A stretch of 64,000 bases of DNA, taken from Candidatus Limnocylindrales bacterium. GTDB taxonomy: Bacteria; Moduliflexota; Moduliflexia; Moduliflexales; JAUQPW01. The stretch's first letter is position 1; the number at the start of each line of letters is the position of its first letter. Below the pieces are notes generated by a model that was not told the DNA's origin, ran no database searches, and worked only from the letters and a program-made list of their open reading frames with translations. Both the position numbers and the translations under genes were made by a program. This document shows positions 29,056-40,147 of the stretch, in pieces. The DNA is taken from NCBI GenBank assembly GCA_035559535.1, contig DATMBG010000034.1, forward strand, positions 1-64,000, written 5' to 3'.

Positions 29056-31122
29056 TCATACACTTTCCCTCTCTTCATTTGATCTGATCTTAAACAGAAC
29101 CCGCCGGGCGGCCTCGGCGACATTTTTAGCTGTTAATCCTAGCCGTTCATAAATTATGGGATAAGGTGCCGAAGCCCCAAAGCGATCCAACCCTATGACC
29201 TCTCCTTTTAATCCCACATATCGGCTCCATGCCAGGGTAGCCCCTGCTTCCACGGCTACCCGAGCCTGAATCTGGGGAGGTAATACGGTCTGTTGATATT
29301 CTACCGGTTGGGCTTCAAACAACTCCCAACTCGGCATGGATACTACCCGAGCCTGTATTCCTTGTTCGGCCAGTAACTCCCTGGCTTCCAGTGCTAAATG
29401 CACTTCAGACCCTGTTCCTATTAAGATGACATCTATATTTTCTGCATCGGCCAGAATATATCCCCCCTTTTTGGCTTCCGAGGCCGGGGCATACCGACTT
29501 CGATCCAATACCGGGATACCCTGTCGAGTTAAAATCAGAGCGGTCGGCCCCTGTTGACGGGTGAGGGCTACTCGCCAGGCTTCCACCGTTTCGGTCGCAT
29601 CTGCCGGTCGAAATACCACCAGGTTTGGAATTGCCCGCAAACTCGTCAAATGTTCAATAGGCTGGTGGGTCGGTCCATCTTCTCCCAATCCCACACTGTC
29701 ATGGGTAAAAACAAATATCACCGGTAATTTTGTCATGGCTGCCAACCGAATCGCCGGTCGCATATAATCCGAGAAGATCAGAAAAGTTCCGCCATAGGGT
29801 CGAATCCCTCCGTGTAAAGCCAGTCCATTGAGAATTCCTCCCATTCCATGCTCTCTTACTCCAAAGTGAATATACCGCCCTGAGAAATCGTCTCGGGTTA
29901 AAAACTTCTCTCCTTTGGGTAAGGTGTTATTGGAAGGGGTTAAATCTGCCGAACCCCCCAACAAGTTTGGAATTCTGGGCGCAATGGCATTAAGGACAGC
30001 CCCCGAAGCGGCCCGGGTCGCAAGGGGTTTATCCAGGGGAAAAGTCGGCAGGTCCCGGTCCCAATCGGCAGGTAGTTCCCTACTCATGAAACTTTGAAAA
30101 GCCGCCGCCAAATCCGGATAAGTCTCTGCATACCGAGTAAACAGAGCTTTCCACTGGGCTTGTTTGGCTGCCCCGGCAGCACCTGTTTCCCGCATGAATT
30201 CGTAAACTTCTGGAGGGACATAGAATGGAGGGTCCAGGGGCCAGCCCAAACGTTGCTTGGCCAAACGGACTTCCTCTGCACCCAACGGTTCTCCATGGGC
30301 TTTATTGGTATCCTGTTTGTGGGGACTTCCAAAGCCGATGTGGGTCTTACAGGCAATTAAGGATGGACGTTTCTTCTCGGCTTGAGCTGCATACAGGGCC
30401 ATCTCCACCGCAGCCGGATCATGTCCGTCCACCTGTTGCGTATGCCAGCCATAAGCGGCAAATCGGGCCAGCACATCTTCACTAAAAGCCAGCCAGGTGG
30501 GTCCATCGATACTGATACCGTTATCGTCGTATAGTACGATCAACTTCCCTAAACCCAGGTGCCCGGCTAAAGATCCGGCCTCATGGGAAATCCCTTCCAT
30601 CATATCCCCGTCACTGGCAATGACATAGGTATAGTGATCCACAATATTAAAACCGGGCCGATTGAACCGGTTGGCAAGCCAACGTTCTGCGATGGCCATT
30701 CCCACGGCATTGGTAATCCCCTGTCCAAGGGGACCGGTTGTGGCTTCAACCCCGGGCGTGAGGCCATGTTCGGGATGACCCGGAGTCTGACTCCCCCATT
30801 GACGAAAGGCCTGGAGCTGCTGGAGGGGAAGATCATAACCGGTGAGATGAAGGAGACTGTAAAGGAGCATGGAACCATGGCCTGCAGAAAGAACAAAACG
30901 GTCACGATTGGGCCAGGAAGGATCTTTGGGATTATGGGAGAGGAACTGGGTCCAAAGGACAACAGCGGCATCAGCCATACCCATAGGCATACCGGGATGT
31001 CCAGAATTTGCCTTTTGAACACTATCCATAGCCAATACCCGAATAGCATTGGCGGTTAATCGACGTAGCCGTGACAGGTCTGTAGTCTGGATAGATGTTG
31101 AGGTTGAAGCAGGGTTCGTCAT
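29056..31122 (-). CDS. tkt: Transketolase
   Basis: [27 protein letters not shown] and GEDGPTHQP motifs. Confidence 0.97.
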   Translation of the reverse strand: MTNPASTSTSIQTTDLSRLRRLTANAIRVLAMDSVQKANSGHPGMPMGMADAAVVLWTQFLSHNPKDPSWPNRDRFVLSAGHGSMLLYSLLHLTGYDLPLQQLQAFRQWGSQTPGHPEHGLTPGVEATTGPLGQGITNAVGMAIAERWLANRFNRPGFNIVDHYTYVIASDGDMMEGISHEAGSLAGHLGLGKLIVLYDDNGISIDGPTWLAFSEDVLARFAAYGWHTQQVDGHDPAAVEMALYAAQAEKKRPSLIACKTHIGFGSPHKQDTNKAHGEPLGAEEVRLAKQRLGWPLDPPFYVPPEVYEFMRETGAAGAAKQAQWKALFTRYAETYPDLAAAFQSFMSRELPADWDRDLPTFPLDKPLATRAASGAVLNAIAPRIPNLLGGSADLTPSNNTLPKGEKFLTRDDFSGRYIHFGVREHGMGGILNGLALHGGIRPYGGTFLIFSDYMRPAIRLAAMTKLPVIFVFTHDSVGLGEDGPTHQPIEHLTSLRAIPNLVVFRPADATETVEAWRVALTRQQGPTALILTRQGIPVLDRSRYAPASEAKKGGYILADAENIDVILIGTGSEVHLALEARELLAEQGIQARVVSMPSWELFEAQPVEYQQTVLPPQIQARVAVEAGATLAWSRYVGLKGEVIGLDRFGASAPYPIIYERLGLTAKNVAEAARRVLFKIRSNEERESV

Positions 31123-31283
31123 GATCCTTAAACGATCAGAGATGAAGGAAAGAGGAATCGTTCATCGTCCATCGCTTATTTATCCTTATTGCTTTCAATT
31201 TATTCAATTCATATTTTACCGAGTACTTAAATGATACTCAAAAACCGGGTGATATGCAAGATCCTGACCCCATTAATTTTCAT

Positions 31284-31312
31284 TTGACATCTCGAACTCC
31301 CAAATCTACAAT
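31284..31312 (+). promoter_or_regulatory. Sigma70-type promoter
   Basis: TTGACA-17 nt-TACAAT upstream of the isochorismatase gene. Confidence 0.65.
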
Positions 31313-31383
31313 TAAAACAGGTCACCAGGGGTTATAAGTAAACAACCCCAAGTAACAACCCCATGGATAGAGGAGGAACTTGC

Positions 31384-32640
31384 ATGATTCAAACGATTAA
31401 AAGCTTTAAGTTTATACGCCGGTTTTTACTCGTCGTCCTGGCAATAGGGATAATGAGTTCCTGGGTCCTTACCCAAGAGGCCCAAAAGAAAACGGCCCTG
31501 ATCATTGTGGATATGCAGAATGACTTTGCAAAGGAAGGCGGGGCTTTATATGTACCCTCTACAGAGCAAATCAAACCCAAACTGAAACAATTAATTGCTA
31601 AGGCCCGTGAGAAGGGGATTCCCATTATTTACACCCAAGACTGGCATCGCCCGGACGATGTAGAGTTTAAGATCTGGCCACCCCATACCATTCAAGGAAC
31701 CCCGGGAGCAGAAGTTATCGCAGACCTTGCACCTACCGATAAGGATTATACGGTTAAGAAACGGACCTATAATGCCTTCTTTGAAACGGATCTGGACATG
31801 CTCCTGCGCCAGTTGGGAGTTAAACGGATTGTGATAACCGGAACCGTATCGAATATTTGTGTTTTGAACACAGCCGGGGATGCAGCTTTGCGAGGCTACG
31901 AGGTCGTCCTGCCCCACGATGCCATTGCTCCCCTTACCGATTTTGATCAGCAAGCAACCCTCCGGGAAGTCTCCTTTCTCTATAAGGGTAAAATTACCAC
32001 GGCAGACCATGCTTTTGATCCAGATCCCCAGGAGATCAAAGTCGAATTCAATGCCAAACCTCCTGAGTTAAAAGTGGCCTCCAATGTAGAACTCCCAAAA
32101 GACAAAACAGCCGTCATCGTGGTAGACATGCAGAACGATTTCGCCCGGGAAGGAGGGGCCCTCTACGTACCTGCAACCAAAGAAACCATTGAACCTATAA
32201 AGAATCTCTTGAAGAAAGCAAGATCGTCAGGTACCCTGGTTGTTTTTACCCAGGACTGGCACCGAAAGGATGATCCTGAATTCAAAATCTGGCCTCCTCA
32301 TACCATCCAGGGAACCGAAGGCGCTCAAGTGATCGCAGATTTTGAGCCCTCCGATAAAGACTATTTTGTTAAAAAACGAACCTACGATGCCTTCTACGGT
32401 ACCGATATGGATCTGCTCCTCCGACAAAACGGGATTCAAAATGTCGTAATTACCGGTACAGTTTCTAACATCTGTGTCTTGCATACTGCCGGAAAGGCTA
32501 GACTACACGGCTATAACCTCGTTGTAGTCCGAGACGGAATCTCGGCCTTGACCCCCTTCGATATGGATCTGTCCCTACGGCAGATGTCCTTTCTGTATAA
32601 CGGGACCATAGTTGATTCGGGAAATATTCAGTTCCAGTAA
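31384..32640 (+). CDS. Exported cysteine hydrolase with two tandem isochorismatase/nicotinamidase domains
   Basis: Signal peptide; two copies each of DMQNDF, QDWH, WPPH, KKRTY and GTVSNICV. Confidence 0.9.
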   Translation: MIQTIKSFKFIRRFLLVVLAIGIMSSWVLTQEAQKKTALIIVDMQNDFAKEGGALYVPSTEQIKPKLKQLIAKAREKGIPIIYTQDWHRPDDVEFKIWPPHTIQGTPGAEVIADLAPTDKDYTVKKRTYNAFFETDLDMLLRQLGVKRIVITGTVSNICVLNTAGDAALRGYEVVLPHDAIAPLTDFDQQATLREVSFLYKGKITTADHAFDPDPQEIKVEFNAKPPELKVASNVELPKDKTAVIVVDMQNDFAREGGALYVPATKETIEPIKNLLKKARSSGTLVVFTQDWHRKDDPEFKIWPPHTIQGTEGAQVIADFEPSDKDYFVKKRTYDAFYGTDMDLLLRQNGIQNVVITGTVSNICVLHTAGKARLHGYNLVVVRDGISALTPFDMDLSLRQMSFLYNGTIVDSGNIQFQ

Positions 32641-32654
32641 TCTTAGAGGGAGGC

Positions 32655-32850
32655 GTGTGGGAGTATGGGAGTATGGGAGGGAGTATGGGAGTATGGGAGG
32701 GAGTATGGGGGTATGGGAGGGAGTATGGGGGTGTGGGAGTAAGTATGGGAGTATGGAAGTATGAATACTTTACTTTTCAAACCCCCACACCTCCACACTC
32801 CCACACCCCCATACTCCCACACCCCCACACCTCCACACCCTCACACTACC
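32655..32850. repeat. Octamer tandem repeat (GGGAGTAT-like) followed by its inverted counterpart
   Basis: About a dozen GGGAGTAT/GGGAG units at 32655-32760; CCCACAC/CCCCATAC units at 32782-32850. Confidence 0.9.
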
Positions 32851-33894
32851 CTCCCATTCTTTCTTTTTCTACTGCTCAGCCTTGCTCTTCCCGTAATCGC
32901 CCACACTTACAGTACCAGTTATTCCTATCTGACCATTGAACAGGATAAGGTGTTCTACCGATTAAAAGTCCCTGCAACGCAGTTTTTGACGGCAATTCAG
33001 GTGGAACCCGACAAACTTAATGAAAACCTGGATAAGGCCGCTGCCTACCTGAGAGAGAAGATTAAAATCCTGAATCGCAGATCGGCTTGTAATTTGACCC
33101 TTCAGCACCTCCATCCACTGGAAGAGGATCCTATTTTTATCCAGATCGATATGGTCTTTACCTGCAAAAAACCCATCGATAACTTCACCATGTCCTGTAA
33201 AATTCTGGAAGATGTCCCCGAACTCTATCATCAGAATCTGGCCAAAATGACTTTCAGGGGGGAGACCCGCCAATTCCTTTTTACACCGGACAAATATTAC
33301 AACTGGGAAGAAGGAGGGATGTTGGGGGAGATCCCTCAAGAAAATCGGTTTACTCGTATTAAAGAGAAGATCGGGTCAGGAATCCAAAGCATATTAACCG
33401 GAGGGAATATCCTTTTATTTCTTCTGATCTTGTTTCTGCCGGTTGGAGTCTTAAAAGAGGCTTTTAAAACCCTCCTCGCTTTTACCCTGTCCTACACGCT
33501 GGCCTTCTTTCTGGAAAATCTTCTGTTTTTACATCTAACTCCCAAATTTATAAACTCTCTCCTCTACTTCGGGGTGGCCTATATGGCCCTTGAAAATTTA
33601 TCTATAAAGCCTGCTCTCCATCGATGGATTCCGGCGGGGATCTTTGGTTCTGTATATGGATTTTATTCTGCCCAAGCTTTCGCAGCTTTGGATCGGTCTT
33701 CATCGGATCGGTTTGTTTCTTTGTTTGCTTTTTATATCGGAACCGAAACAGGACAGATTATCATTCTCCTCTTTTTAGTTCCTGCTGTTTCTTACTTGAA
33801 CCGGTGGAAGATGGGATATAAGACTATCCGGGTTCTTTCCATGGGAATTCTTGGAATCGCGTTACTTCAGTTTTTTAGAGGGATTTTGTTATAG
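32761..33894 (+). CDS. HupE/UreJ-type membrane protein with periplasmic N-terminal domain
   Basis: IL.G...LLFL, AFT.S, A.ENL, FG..YGF and GTETGQ framework; six C-terminal TMs. Confidence 0.75.
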   Translation: MNTLLFKPPHLHTPTPPYSHTPTPPHPHTTLPFFLFLLLSLALPVIAHTYSTSYSYLTIEQDKVFYRLKVPATQFLTAIQVEPDKLNENLDKAAAYLREKIKILNRRSACNLTLQHLHPLEEDPIFIQIDMVFTCKKPIDNFTMSCKILEDVPELYHQNLAKMTFRGETRQFLFTPDKYYNWEEGGMLGEIPQENRFTRIKEKIGSGIQSILTGGNILLFLLILFLPVGVLKEAFKTLLAFTLSYTLAFFLENLLFLHLTPKFINSLLYFGVAYMALENLSIKPALHRWIPAGIFGSVYGFYSAQAFAALDRSSSDRFVSLFAFYIGTETGQIIILLFLVPAVSYLNRWKMGYKTIRVLSMGILGIALLQFFRGILL

Positions 33895-33957
33895 AGTAGA
33901 AGACCTTTCCGGCTTTGTCGATGGGGGATTTTCACTTTTAGCTTCTCCTCACGGACT

Positions 33958-36492
33958 TTACATTAAATTTACCGGGTCCACATCAACGGTTATACGTACA
34001 TCTTTAATCGATTCCACCTTACGAAAGGTTTCGATCCCTTCACCCACAAAAGTCCGTAAGGTTCCCGAGCTGGGACTTTTTAGCAAAATCTGATATCGAT
34101 ATCTTCCCTTTAATTTAGCCAGAGCTGCCGCCGTAGGACCCAGGAGGATGACCTCTTCGGGCTTTTGAATTCGGAGGTGTCCGGCCAGTTTTTTAGCCAG
34201 GATTTCGGTAAAATCTTTATCTGTCCCCTGGAGGATGATATTGACGACCCGGGAGAAGGGGGGATATCTCAATTGTTGACGGAAGTGGATCTCTTTTTCA
34301 TAAAACTTGAGATAGTCATGGGTTTGTGCGGTGAGAATGGCGTAATGAGAAGGGGTAAAGGTTTGAATTAGAACCTCTCCGGGAAGGGATCCACGTCCTG
34401 CACGACCGGCCACCTGGGTTAATAATTGAAAAGTTCGCTCACTGGCCCGAAAATCAGGGAGATGCAGCATCGTTTCAGCCGAAATAATGCCGACCAGTGT
34501 CACATAAGGGAAGTCATGGCCTTTGGCAATCATTTGGGTTCCGATGAGGATATCGATCTCCCGATTCTCAAACCGGGTTAAAACATCGCGATGGGATTCC
34601 TTTTGGGTCATGGTATCTCGATCCATGCGAGCCACCCGCGCCTGGGGAAAGAGGAGTCGAACCTCCTTTTCCACCTTCTGGGTTCCTACCCCATAGTAGC
34701 CTACTTCTGAGCCGGAACATGCCGGACATACTCTGGGAGCTACCTTGGAGAAATTGCAGTAGTGGCAGAGTAACCGCTCGATGGGAATGTGGTAAGTTAA
34801 CGTAACACTACAACGGGGGCAATAATAGACAAATCCACATTCTCGACACAGGAAGAAGGTAGCAAATCCCCGTCGGTTCAAGAAGAGCAGAGTTTGTTCC
34901 TTTCGTTTTAAACGGGATTCAATCGCCTGCTCCAGCTCAAAGGAAAAGATCCGGCTAGATTCCTGAGGGGTTTTTCTCATATCCAGAATATAAACCCGTG
35001 GAAGTTCTCGCCGATCGATCCGTTCGGTCAGGCTGATGATTTTGTATTTACCTTGTTGGGCATTATAGAAACTTTCCAGGGAAGGAGTGGCACTTCCCAG
35101 GATGGCGGGAGCATTTTCGATCTTGGCCCGCATGATAGCCACATCTCGTCCATTATAACGCGGAACAGAGTCCTGTTTGTAAGAAGGATCATGCTCCTCG
35201 TCCACAATCACCAACCCGAGTTTGGGGACCGGCGCAAAAATGGCCGATCGAGCTCCCAGGACAATATCGATCTCCCCTTTTCGGATTCTTTGCCATTGAT
35301 CAACCCGCTCTCCTGCAGAGAGGCGACTATGTAGAATCGCGATACGATCCCCAAAACGGGATAAAAAACGATTGACTAAAAGCGGAGTCAAAGAGATTTC
35401 TGGAACCAGAAAGATAGCCTGCTTCCTGGAGAACCCCTCCTGAGAATCTTGTTTTTCTTTTTGGGCTCCGGAACTCAGGGACAGATTTTTAGTGAGCAGA
35501 TACTCGATAGCCTGCAAATAAACTTCCGTTTTGCCACTGCCGGTAACCCCATGCAATAAAATAGTCGAAAACTTTCCGGAATCAATTTCCGATTTGATCC
35601 TCTCTAGAGCTTTAACCTGGGGTTCTACCAGGGAAAGGGGTTGTGTTTTCTGATAGGAAATATGTTCAAAGGGATTCCGGTAGACCTCCTTAGAATAGGC
35701 AGCAACCCAACCGGTTTTCTCTAAAGACCTCACGACCTGGTAGGGCTCGAATCCCAGTTTATCTCCTAACTCGGTTAAAGCAATATCCTGGGGGTATATT
35801 TTCATTAAAAAGGTCAGTACTGCGGCTTGATGAGGAGCCCGGGTCTTTAAAGCATTCACGGATTCTGCTATCTGGGATGGCTCTTGAAGAAGTCGTACAT
35901 ATTTGGCAACTTTAGGTTTAATTTTGGTTTGGATAACACGCTCTATCTCAATAAGCCCGCGCTTTTCCAGGGCATGGAGAGTAGAGTAGAGGCCTTTTTT
36001 GCCCAGTTTTTTCTTTAGCCTGGGTAAAGGAACCTCTTCTTCCCTTTGAAGGAATTCCAGGAGTTTACGTTGTGCAGGGGTTATCCCTTCCTGAGTTAAA
36101 GATGGGGACTGATGGGGTGGTTCTCCTGAAAGGTTAAGTCTGACCATGGAGACCTCTAAGCTTTCCAATCCGGCAGGGAGGGTTGCCTTAATAGCCTCTC
36201 CCCAGGAGCAGAGATAATAATCGGCCATCCATTCTGTTAATTTCAAAAGATTCCCATTCAAAATGGGTTCCGTATCCAAAACATCGGTAATTTCCTTCAA
36301 ACCGGCCAGATCTATGAGATTAGGATCTAAAGAAGGAATCAGATTGACCAGGTATCCGGTAATCTGTCGATTTCCAAAAGGGACCAGAACCCTTTTACCG
36401 ATGGCAATTTCTTCCTGAAGACTCTCCGGAATTTTATAGGTAAAGGTTTGATAAACCGGTAAGGGAATAGCTATTTGGGCATAAGGTATCAT
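33958..36492 (-). CDS. priA: Primosomal protein N'
   Basis: GVTGSGKTEVY, DEEHD, four CxxC pairs, GTQMIAKG and QVAGRAGR motifs. Confidence 0.97.
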   Translation of the reverse strand: MIPYAQIAIPLPVYQTFTYKIPESLQEEIAIGKRVLVPFGNRQITGYLVNLIPSLDPNLIDLAGLKEITDVLDTEPILNGNLLKLTEWMADYYLCSWGEAIKATLPAGLESLEVSMVRLNLSGEPPHQSPSLTQEGITPAQRKLLEFLQREEEVPLPRLKKKLGKKGLYSTLHALEKRGLIEIERVIQTKIKPKVAKYVRLLQEPSQIAESVNALKTRAPHQAAVLTFLMKIYPQDIALTELGDKLGFEPYQVVRSLEKTGWVAAYSKEVYRNPFEHISYQKTQPLSLVEPQVKALERIKSEIDSGKFSTILLHGVTGSGKTEVYLQAIEYLLTKNLSLSSGAQKEKQDSQEGFSRKQAIFLVPEISLTPLLVNRFLSRFGDRIAILHSRLSAGERVDQWQRIRKGEIDIVLGARSAIFAPVPKLGLVIVDEEHDPSYKQDSVPRYNGRDVAIMRAKIENAPAILGSATPSLESFYNAQQGKYKIISLTERIDRRELPRVYILDMRKTPQESSRIFSFELEQAIESRLKRKEQTLLFLNRRGFATFFLCRECGFVYYCPRCSVTLTYHIPIERLLCHYCNFSKVAPRVCPACSGSEVGYYGVGTQKVEKEVRLLFPQARVARMDRDTMTQKESHRDVLTRFENREIDILIGTQMIAKGHDFPYVTLVGIISAETMLHLPDFRASERTFQLLTQVAGRAGRGSLPGEVLIQTFTPSHYAILTAQTHDYLKFYEKEIHFRQQLRYPPFSRVVNIILQGTDKDFTEILAKKLAGHLRIQKPEEVILLGPTAAALAKLKGRYRYQILLKSPSSGTLRTFVGEGIETFRKVESIKDVRITVDVDPVNLM

Positions 36493-36498
36493 GTGTAA

Positions 36499-36527
36499 AG
36501 GGTAAATAAAAGGCGAATAGAGGTCAA
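36499..36527 (-). promoter_or_regulatory. Putative promoter giving a leaderless priA mRNA
   Basis: TTGACC-17 nt-TACCCT ending 6 nt before the ATG; no SD sequence. Confidence 0.4.
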
Positions 36528-36816
36528 GAAAATTTTTTGAGAAAGTATTCTATCTTAGGAATTGTGGTAGAGAATAATAGACGAGTTCAGGGAAAAAATC
36601 AATAAAAATCTTCCAATGTTTTTTCGCTTAATATTCTCCTTTTCCCTTGACAAGTTTTCCGATTCCCTGTAAGCTTTTGAATAAGAAGGCTTAGAAATTC
36701 TTTACAAGGTAAAGTTCTTTGAACCCTATCAGATTCTACTTGACGGGTTAGGGGAGTTGTTTGTATGCTGGGAAAGCTTATTCTATGTCAACTACCCTAT
36801 AACATGGAGGGCATTT

Positions 36817-37299
36817 ATGATGGAGCAACGTGAAAGACGACCTGAAAAAAGTTTAAATAAGGTCTTAATTATTGGTCGACTGGGACGGGACCCGGAGTTG
36901 CGATATACCCCGAACGGTACGGCTGTTGCAACCCTGGCCGTGGCGACCAACGAGTCCTGGCAGGACAAAGAGACCAGTCAATGGCAGGAGCGTACCGAGT
37001 GGCATCGGGTTATAGCCTGGGATCGGCACGCCGAAATTGCCGGGGAGTATTTATCCAAAGGAAGTCGGGTTTATATCGAGGGTCGTTTACAAACCCGGGA
37101 ATGGGAGGACAAAGATGGTATTAAGCGGTGGACCACGGAAATCATCGTCCGGGACATGATCATGCTGGGGGGTCGAGGGGATAGCTACTCACCTCGGGTT
37201 GAAGAACCTCCGCATCCTGCAGATGTATACAATACGGGGATATCATCGGGATCTGAAGTACCTCCGGTGGGAGGGACCGAAGAAGATATTCCCTTCTGA
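36817..37299 (+). CDS. ssb: Single-stranded DNA-binding protein
   Basis: LNKV..IGRLG.DPE, TEWHRV, EGRLQTR and C-terminal DIPF; GGAGG RBS before 36817. Confidence 0.97.
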   Translation: MMEQRERRPEKSLNKVLIIGRLGRDPELRYTPNGTAVATLAVATNESWQDKETSQWQERTEWHRVIAWDRHAEIAGEYLSKGSRVYIEGRLQTREWEDKDGIKRWTTEIIVRDMIMLGGRGDSYSPRVEEPPHPADVYNTGISSGSEVPPVGGTEEDIPF

Positions 37300-37409
37300 C
37301 CGAAAGTCAGAATCCAGAAGTCAGAATGAACAGGGAAGCTACCCGGCCTTGACTGGGCTATCCCCATTGGGAGGAGTTCCTGACCCTATTCTGACTTCTT
37401 TATTCTTTC

Positions 37410-38027
37410 TTGAAAGAGAGTGTGGCACCGAGTCAAACGATCCTCTTACCCGAAGCCGAGTTACATTATTACGAAGCTCTCTTTTCAAAGGAAGAGAGTG
37501 ATCGACTCTTTGACTCCTTGCTGAAGCACATAGACTGGCAACAAGGAGAAGGAACTTTCTTCGGGAAGAAGGCTCTGATTCCACGATTACAGGCCTGGTA
37601 CGGAGAAACCGGCGAGAGTAAAATCTACAAGTATTCGGGTATGACGTTGATTCCCCTGGATTGGACTCCTGACCTTCTTTTCATCAAAAGCCGTATCGAT
37701 GAACTTGCCGGAGTTCATTTTACCAATGTCCTGGTGAACCTTTATAGGGACGGAAGAGACGGAGTAGGCTGGCACAGCGACGACGAATCCATCTTGGGGA
37801 AGAACCCCATCATCGGCTCTGTAAGTTTTGGAGCAACCAGAGTTTTTCAGCTCCGGCATAAAACCCGAGGGATAAAGTTTGAATTGGAATTAAAACACGG
37901 AAGTTTCTTACTCATGCAGGGTCCAACCCAACATTATTGGCAGCATCGGATTCCTAAAAAAGCAGGGATCACCAGACCTCGGATTAATTTGACTTTCAGA
38001 GTTTTACACGAGGTGGAGGGAGGGTAA
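37410..38027 (+). CDS. alkB: AlkB-family 2OG-Fe(II) dioxygenase (ALKBH2/3-like)
   Basis: PRLQAWYG, NLYRDG.D.VGWHSDDE, H.IPK and RINLTFR motifs. Confidence 0.92.
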   Translation: MKESVAPSQTILLPEAELHYYEALFSKEESDRLFDSLLKHIDWQQGEGTFFGKKALIPRLQAWYGETGESKIYKYSGMTLIPLDWTPDLLFIKSRIDELAGVHFTNVLVNLYRDGRDGVGWHSDDESILGKNPIIGSVSFGATRVFQLRHKTRGIKFELELKHGSFLLMQGPTQHYWQHRIPKKAGITRPRINLTFRVLHEVEGG

Positions 38028-38064
38028 AAGAATTTCCAACATACCGGAAAACTGCCGTTCTGCC

Positions 38065-39204
38065 CTACTGGGGTGATGATTCTTGAATTAAGCTGTTATC
38101 GGCTCCCAGACCCGGATAGGTAGCTGCAGGTTCTTTTTTTAGAAAGTTAGAAGCAACGGGTACAGGTAGGGCCGGGATAGCCTCTCCGGCATGGTTCAAT
38201 AGTTGACGATCCAACAGACCCCGTGCACGGAAATGTTCAGATTCCAGAGCTTTTGGAAGGGTTGTTACGATATTACAGCATACATCCTGACCGGAGAATA
38301 TCTGTTCCCACTCCTGGGCGGTACGGGATTGGATGATTTGGGCGACCTCGGTGAGGGTTCTTTCTGGGGATTTCGAATCATCTCGAAATTCCTCGGCGAG
38401 TCCTATCAGTTCACAAAAGTTATTCCAGAACTTATTTTCCAGGGGGGCTGCAGCCAGGAATTGACCATCTTTGGTTGGATAGATCTGATATCTCGGGGAA
38501 CCCCCGGTGAACAACCCCTTCCCGGGTTGAGGCCACTGATGGGCAGCAAAGCCACTCCCTATAGCCCAGAACATGAAGGTAAAGAGGTTATCGGACATGG
38601 CCATATCCAGGTAACATCCTTCTCCGGTGCGATTCCGTCGGAGGAGGGCCAACAGGATGTTAATCACCACGGGATAAGAACCGCCGCCAATATCTGCGAT
38701 CAAGGTGGGGGGCATCACAGGAACTCCGTTAGGGGTAGCTCCCAGACTTAAAAGACCTGTTTCTGCCAGGTAATTGAGATCATGTCCCGCTGTAGAGGCC
38801 CGAGGACCTTTCTGTCCGTATCCGGTCAGAGAGCAATAAATAATCTTGGGATTGATCTTTTTTACCGCTTCATATCCCAATCCAAGCCGATCCATCACGC
38901 CGGGTCGAAATTGTTCCAAAAGGATATCGGCGGTTTGGATGAGAGGTTTGAGGGAGTCCAGGGCTCCCGGATCCTTTAAATCCAGGGAGATACTTCGCTT
39001 CCCCCGGTTCAGGAGGGCAAAATGGACGCTATCCTTCCCGAACCTGGGTAGATAAGAACGCAATTCATCCCCCTGGGGGGGACGTTCCACTTTGATCACT
39101 TCCGCCCCTGCTTCGGCGAGAATTAAAGAAGCTAAAGGTCCTGGTAGCAAGGTACTAAAATCGAGAACCCGGATCCCCGACAGGGGTGGTAAGGATGGAT
39201 TCAT
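38065..39204 (-). CDS. CoA-transferase family III (alpha-methylacyl-CoA racemase-like)
   Basis: LLPGP, NRGKRS, EQFRPGV and AGHDLNY motifs. Confidence 0.92.
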   Translation of the reverse strand: MNPSLPPLSGIRVLDFSTLLPGPLASLILAEAGAEVIKVERPPQGDELRSYLPRFGKDSVHFALLNRGKRSISLDLKDPGALDSLKPLIQTADILLEQFRPGVMDRLGLGYEAVKKINPKIIYCSLTGYGQKGPRASTAGHDLNYLAETGLLSLGATPNGVPVMPPTLIADIGGGSYPVVINILLALLRRNRTGEGCYLDMAMSDNLFTFMFWAIGSGFAAHQWPQPGKGLFTGGSPRYQIYPTKDGQFLAAAPLENKFWNNFCELIGLAEEFRDDSKSPERTLTEVAQIIQSRTAQEWEQIFSGQDVCCNIVTTLPKALESEHFRARGLLDRQLLNHAGEAIPALPVPVASNFLKKEPAATYPGLGADNSLIQESSPQ

Positions 39205-39229
39205 CTCTTTTACCTTTCCTCTTCCTTTC

Positions 39230-40030
39230 CTATTCTTCTAAATGAGGTTGATGAGGGTCTGCCAGGATTGAGAGAACCTTTCCATGGAGTAGACCATTGG
39301 AGCTGACCAGACTTCCACCGTAGATAGACCGCTGACCCGCTAAGGTTGTTGCCTGACCCCCTGCCTCTTCTACGATCACCTGCAGGGGAGCAATATCCCA
39401 GGGCTTTACAGCCGGATCGATGGCCACTTCACCGGCACCTTCTGCCACAAGCATATGCTGATAAAAGTCTCCAAATCCCCGGGTCCTCTGCACCTGGCGC
39501 ATCAAAGTGAAAATACTCCTTGGAGGTAAAGATTCTCCCGAGCCGCCCAGGGTTCCGTGAAAGAGGTGAGCTTTCTGAAGATCCTGGATTTGGGAAACGT
39601 AAAGTCGGCGTTTTCCACAATAAGCCCCGTAACCTCGTGCGGCCCTCCATCGTGCCTGTAAAGCCGGTGCAGTCACCAAACCGGCAATAACTTCACCGTC
39701 TTCTTCGATAGCAAGTAGGGTCGCAAATATGGGAATACCCCGAACGAAATTCCGGGTACCATCAATGGGGTCAATGATCAGGCGTAGGTTTCCCGATCCG
39801 GCCTGTTCTCCGTATTCTTCGCCCCAGATGCCCAGATCCGGATGATGTTTTCGCAAGAGGTTCTGGGCTATTTCCTCAATCGTACGATCTGCTTCGGTTA
39901 CGGGACTCAGATCAACTTTTTCCTCAACACGGAGATTCTGCGCTCGAAAGAGACGAAGGGCAATCTCGTCCGCACGATCTGCAATCTCCTCAAGAAAGGA
40001 TAACCAGGAGATGGGATCCATCTTTTTCAT
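39230..40030 (-). CDS. hisN: Histidinol-phosphatase, inositol monophosphatase family
   Basis: SPVTEAD, GEE, DPIDGT.NFVRG, RGFGDF and WDIA motifs. Confidence 0.85.
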   Translation of the reverse strand: MKKMDPISWLSFLEEIADRADEIALRLFRAQNLRVEEKVDLSPVTEADRTIEEIAQNLLRKHHPDLGIWGEEYGEQAGSGNLRLIIDPIDGTRNFVRGIPIFATLLAIEEDGEVIAGLVTAPALQARWRAARGYGAYCGKRRLYVSQIQDLQKAHLFHGTLGGSGESLPPRSIFTLMRQVQRTRGFGDFYQHMLVAEGAGEVAIDPAVKPWDIAPLQVIVEEAGGQATTLAGQRSIYGGSLVSSNGLLHGKVLSILADPHQPHLEE

Positions 40031-40147
40031 ACTTTATATTTTAAACTCCTTTTTGATTTCGATAAACAGGTTATTCAGTAATTTCTCAGGTTCCTAATCA
40101 GAATTTTTTCAAGCGGAGCATCTCCTTCCATCTTCTCCCTAAGCTAC

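Noticed and set aside
32643-32939. Short ORFs with WEYG/HTP repeats
   Set aside because: Artefacts of the octamer tandem repeat
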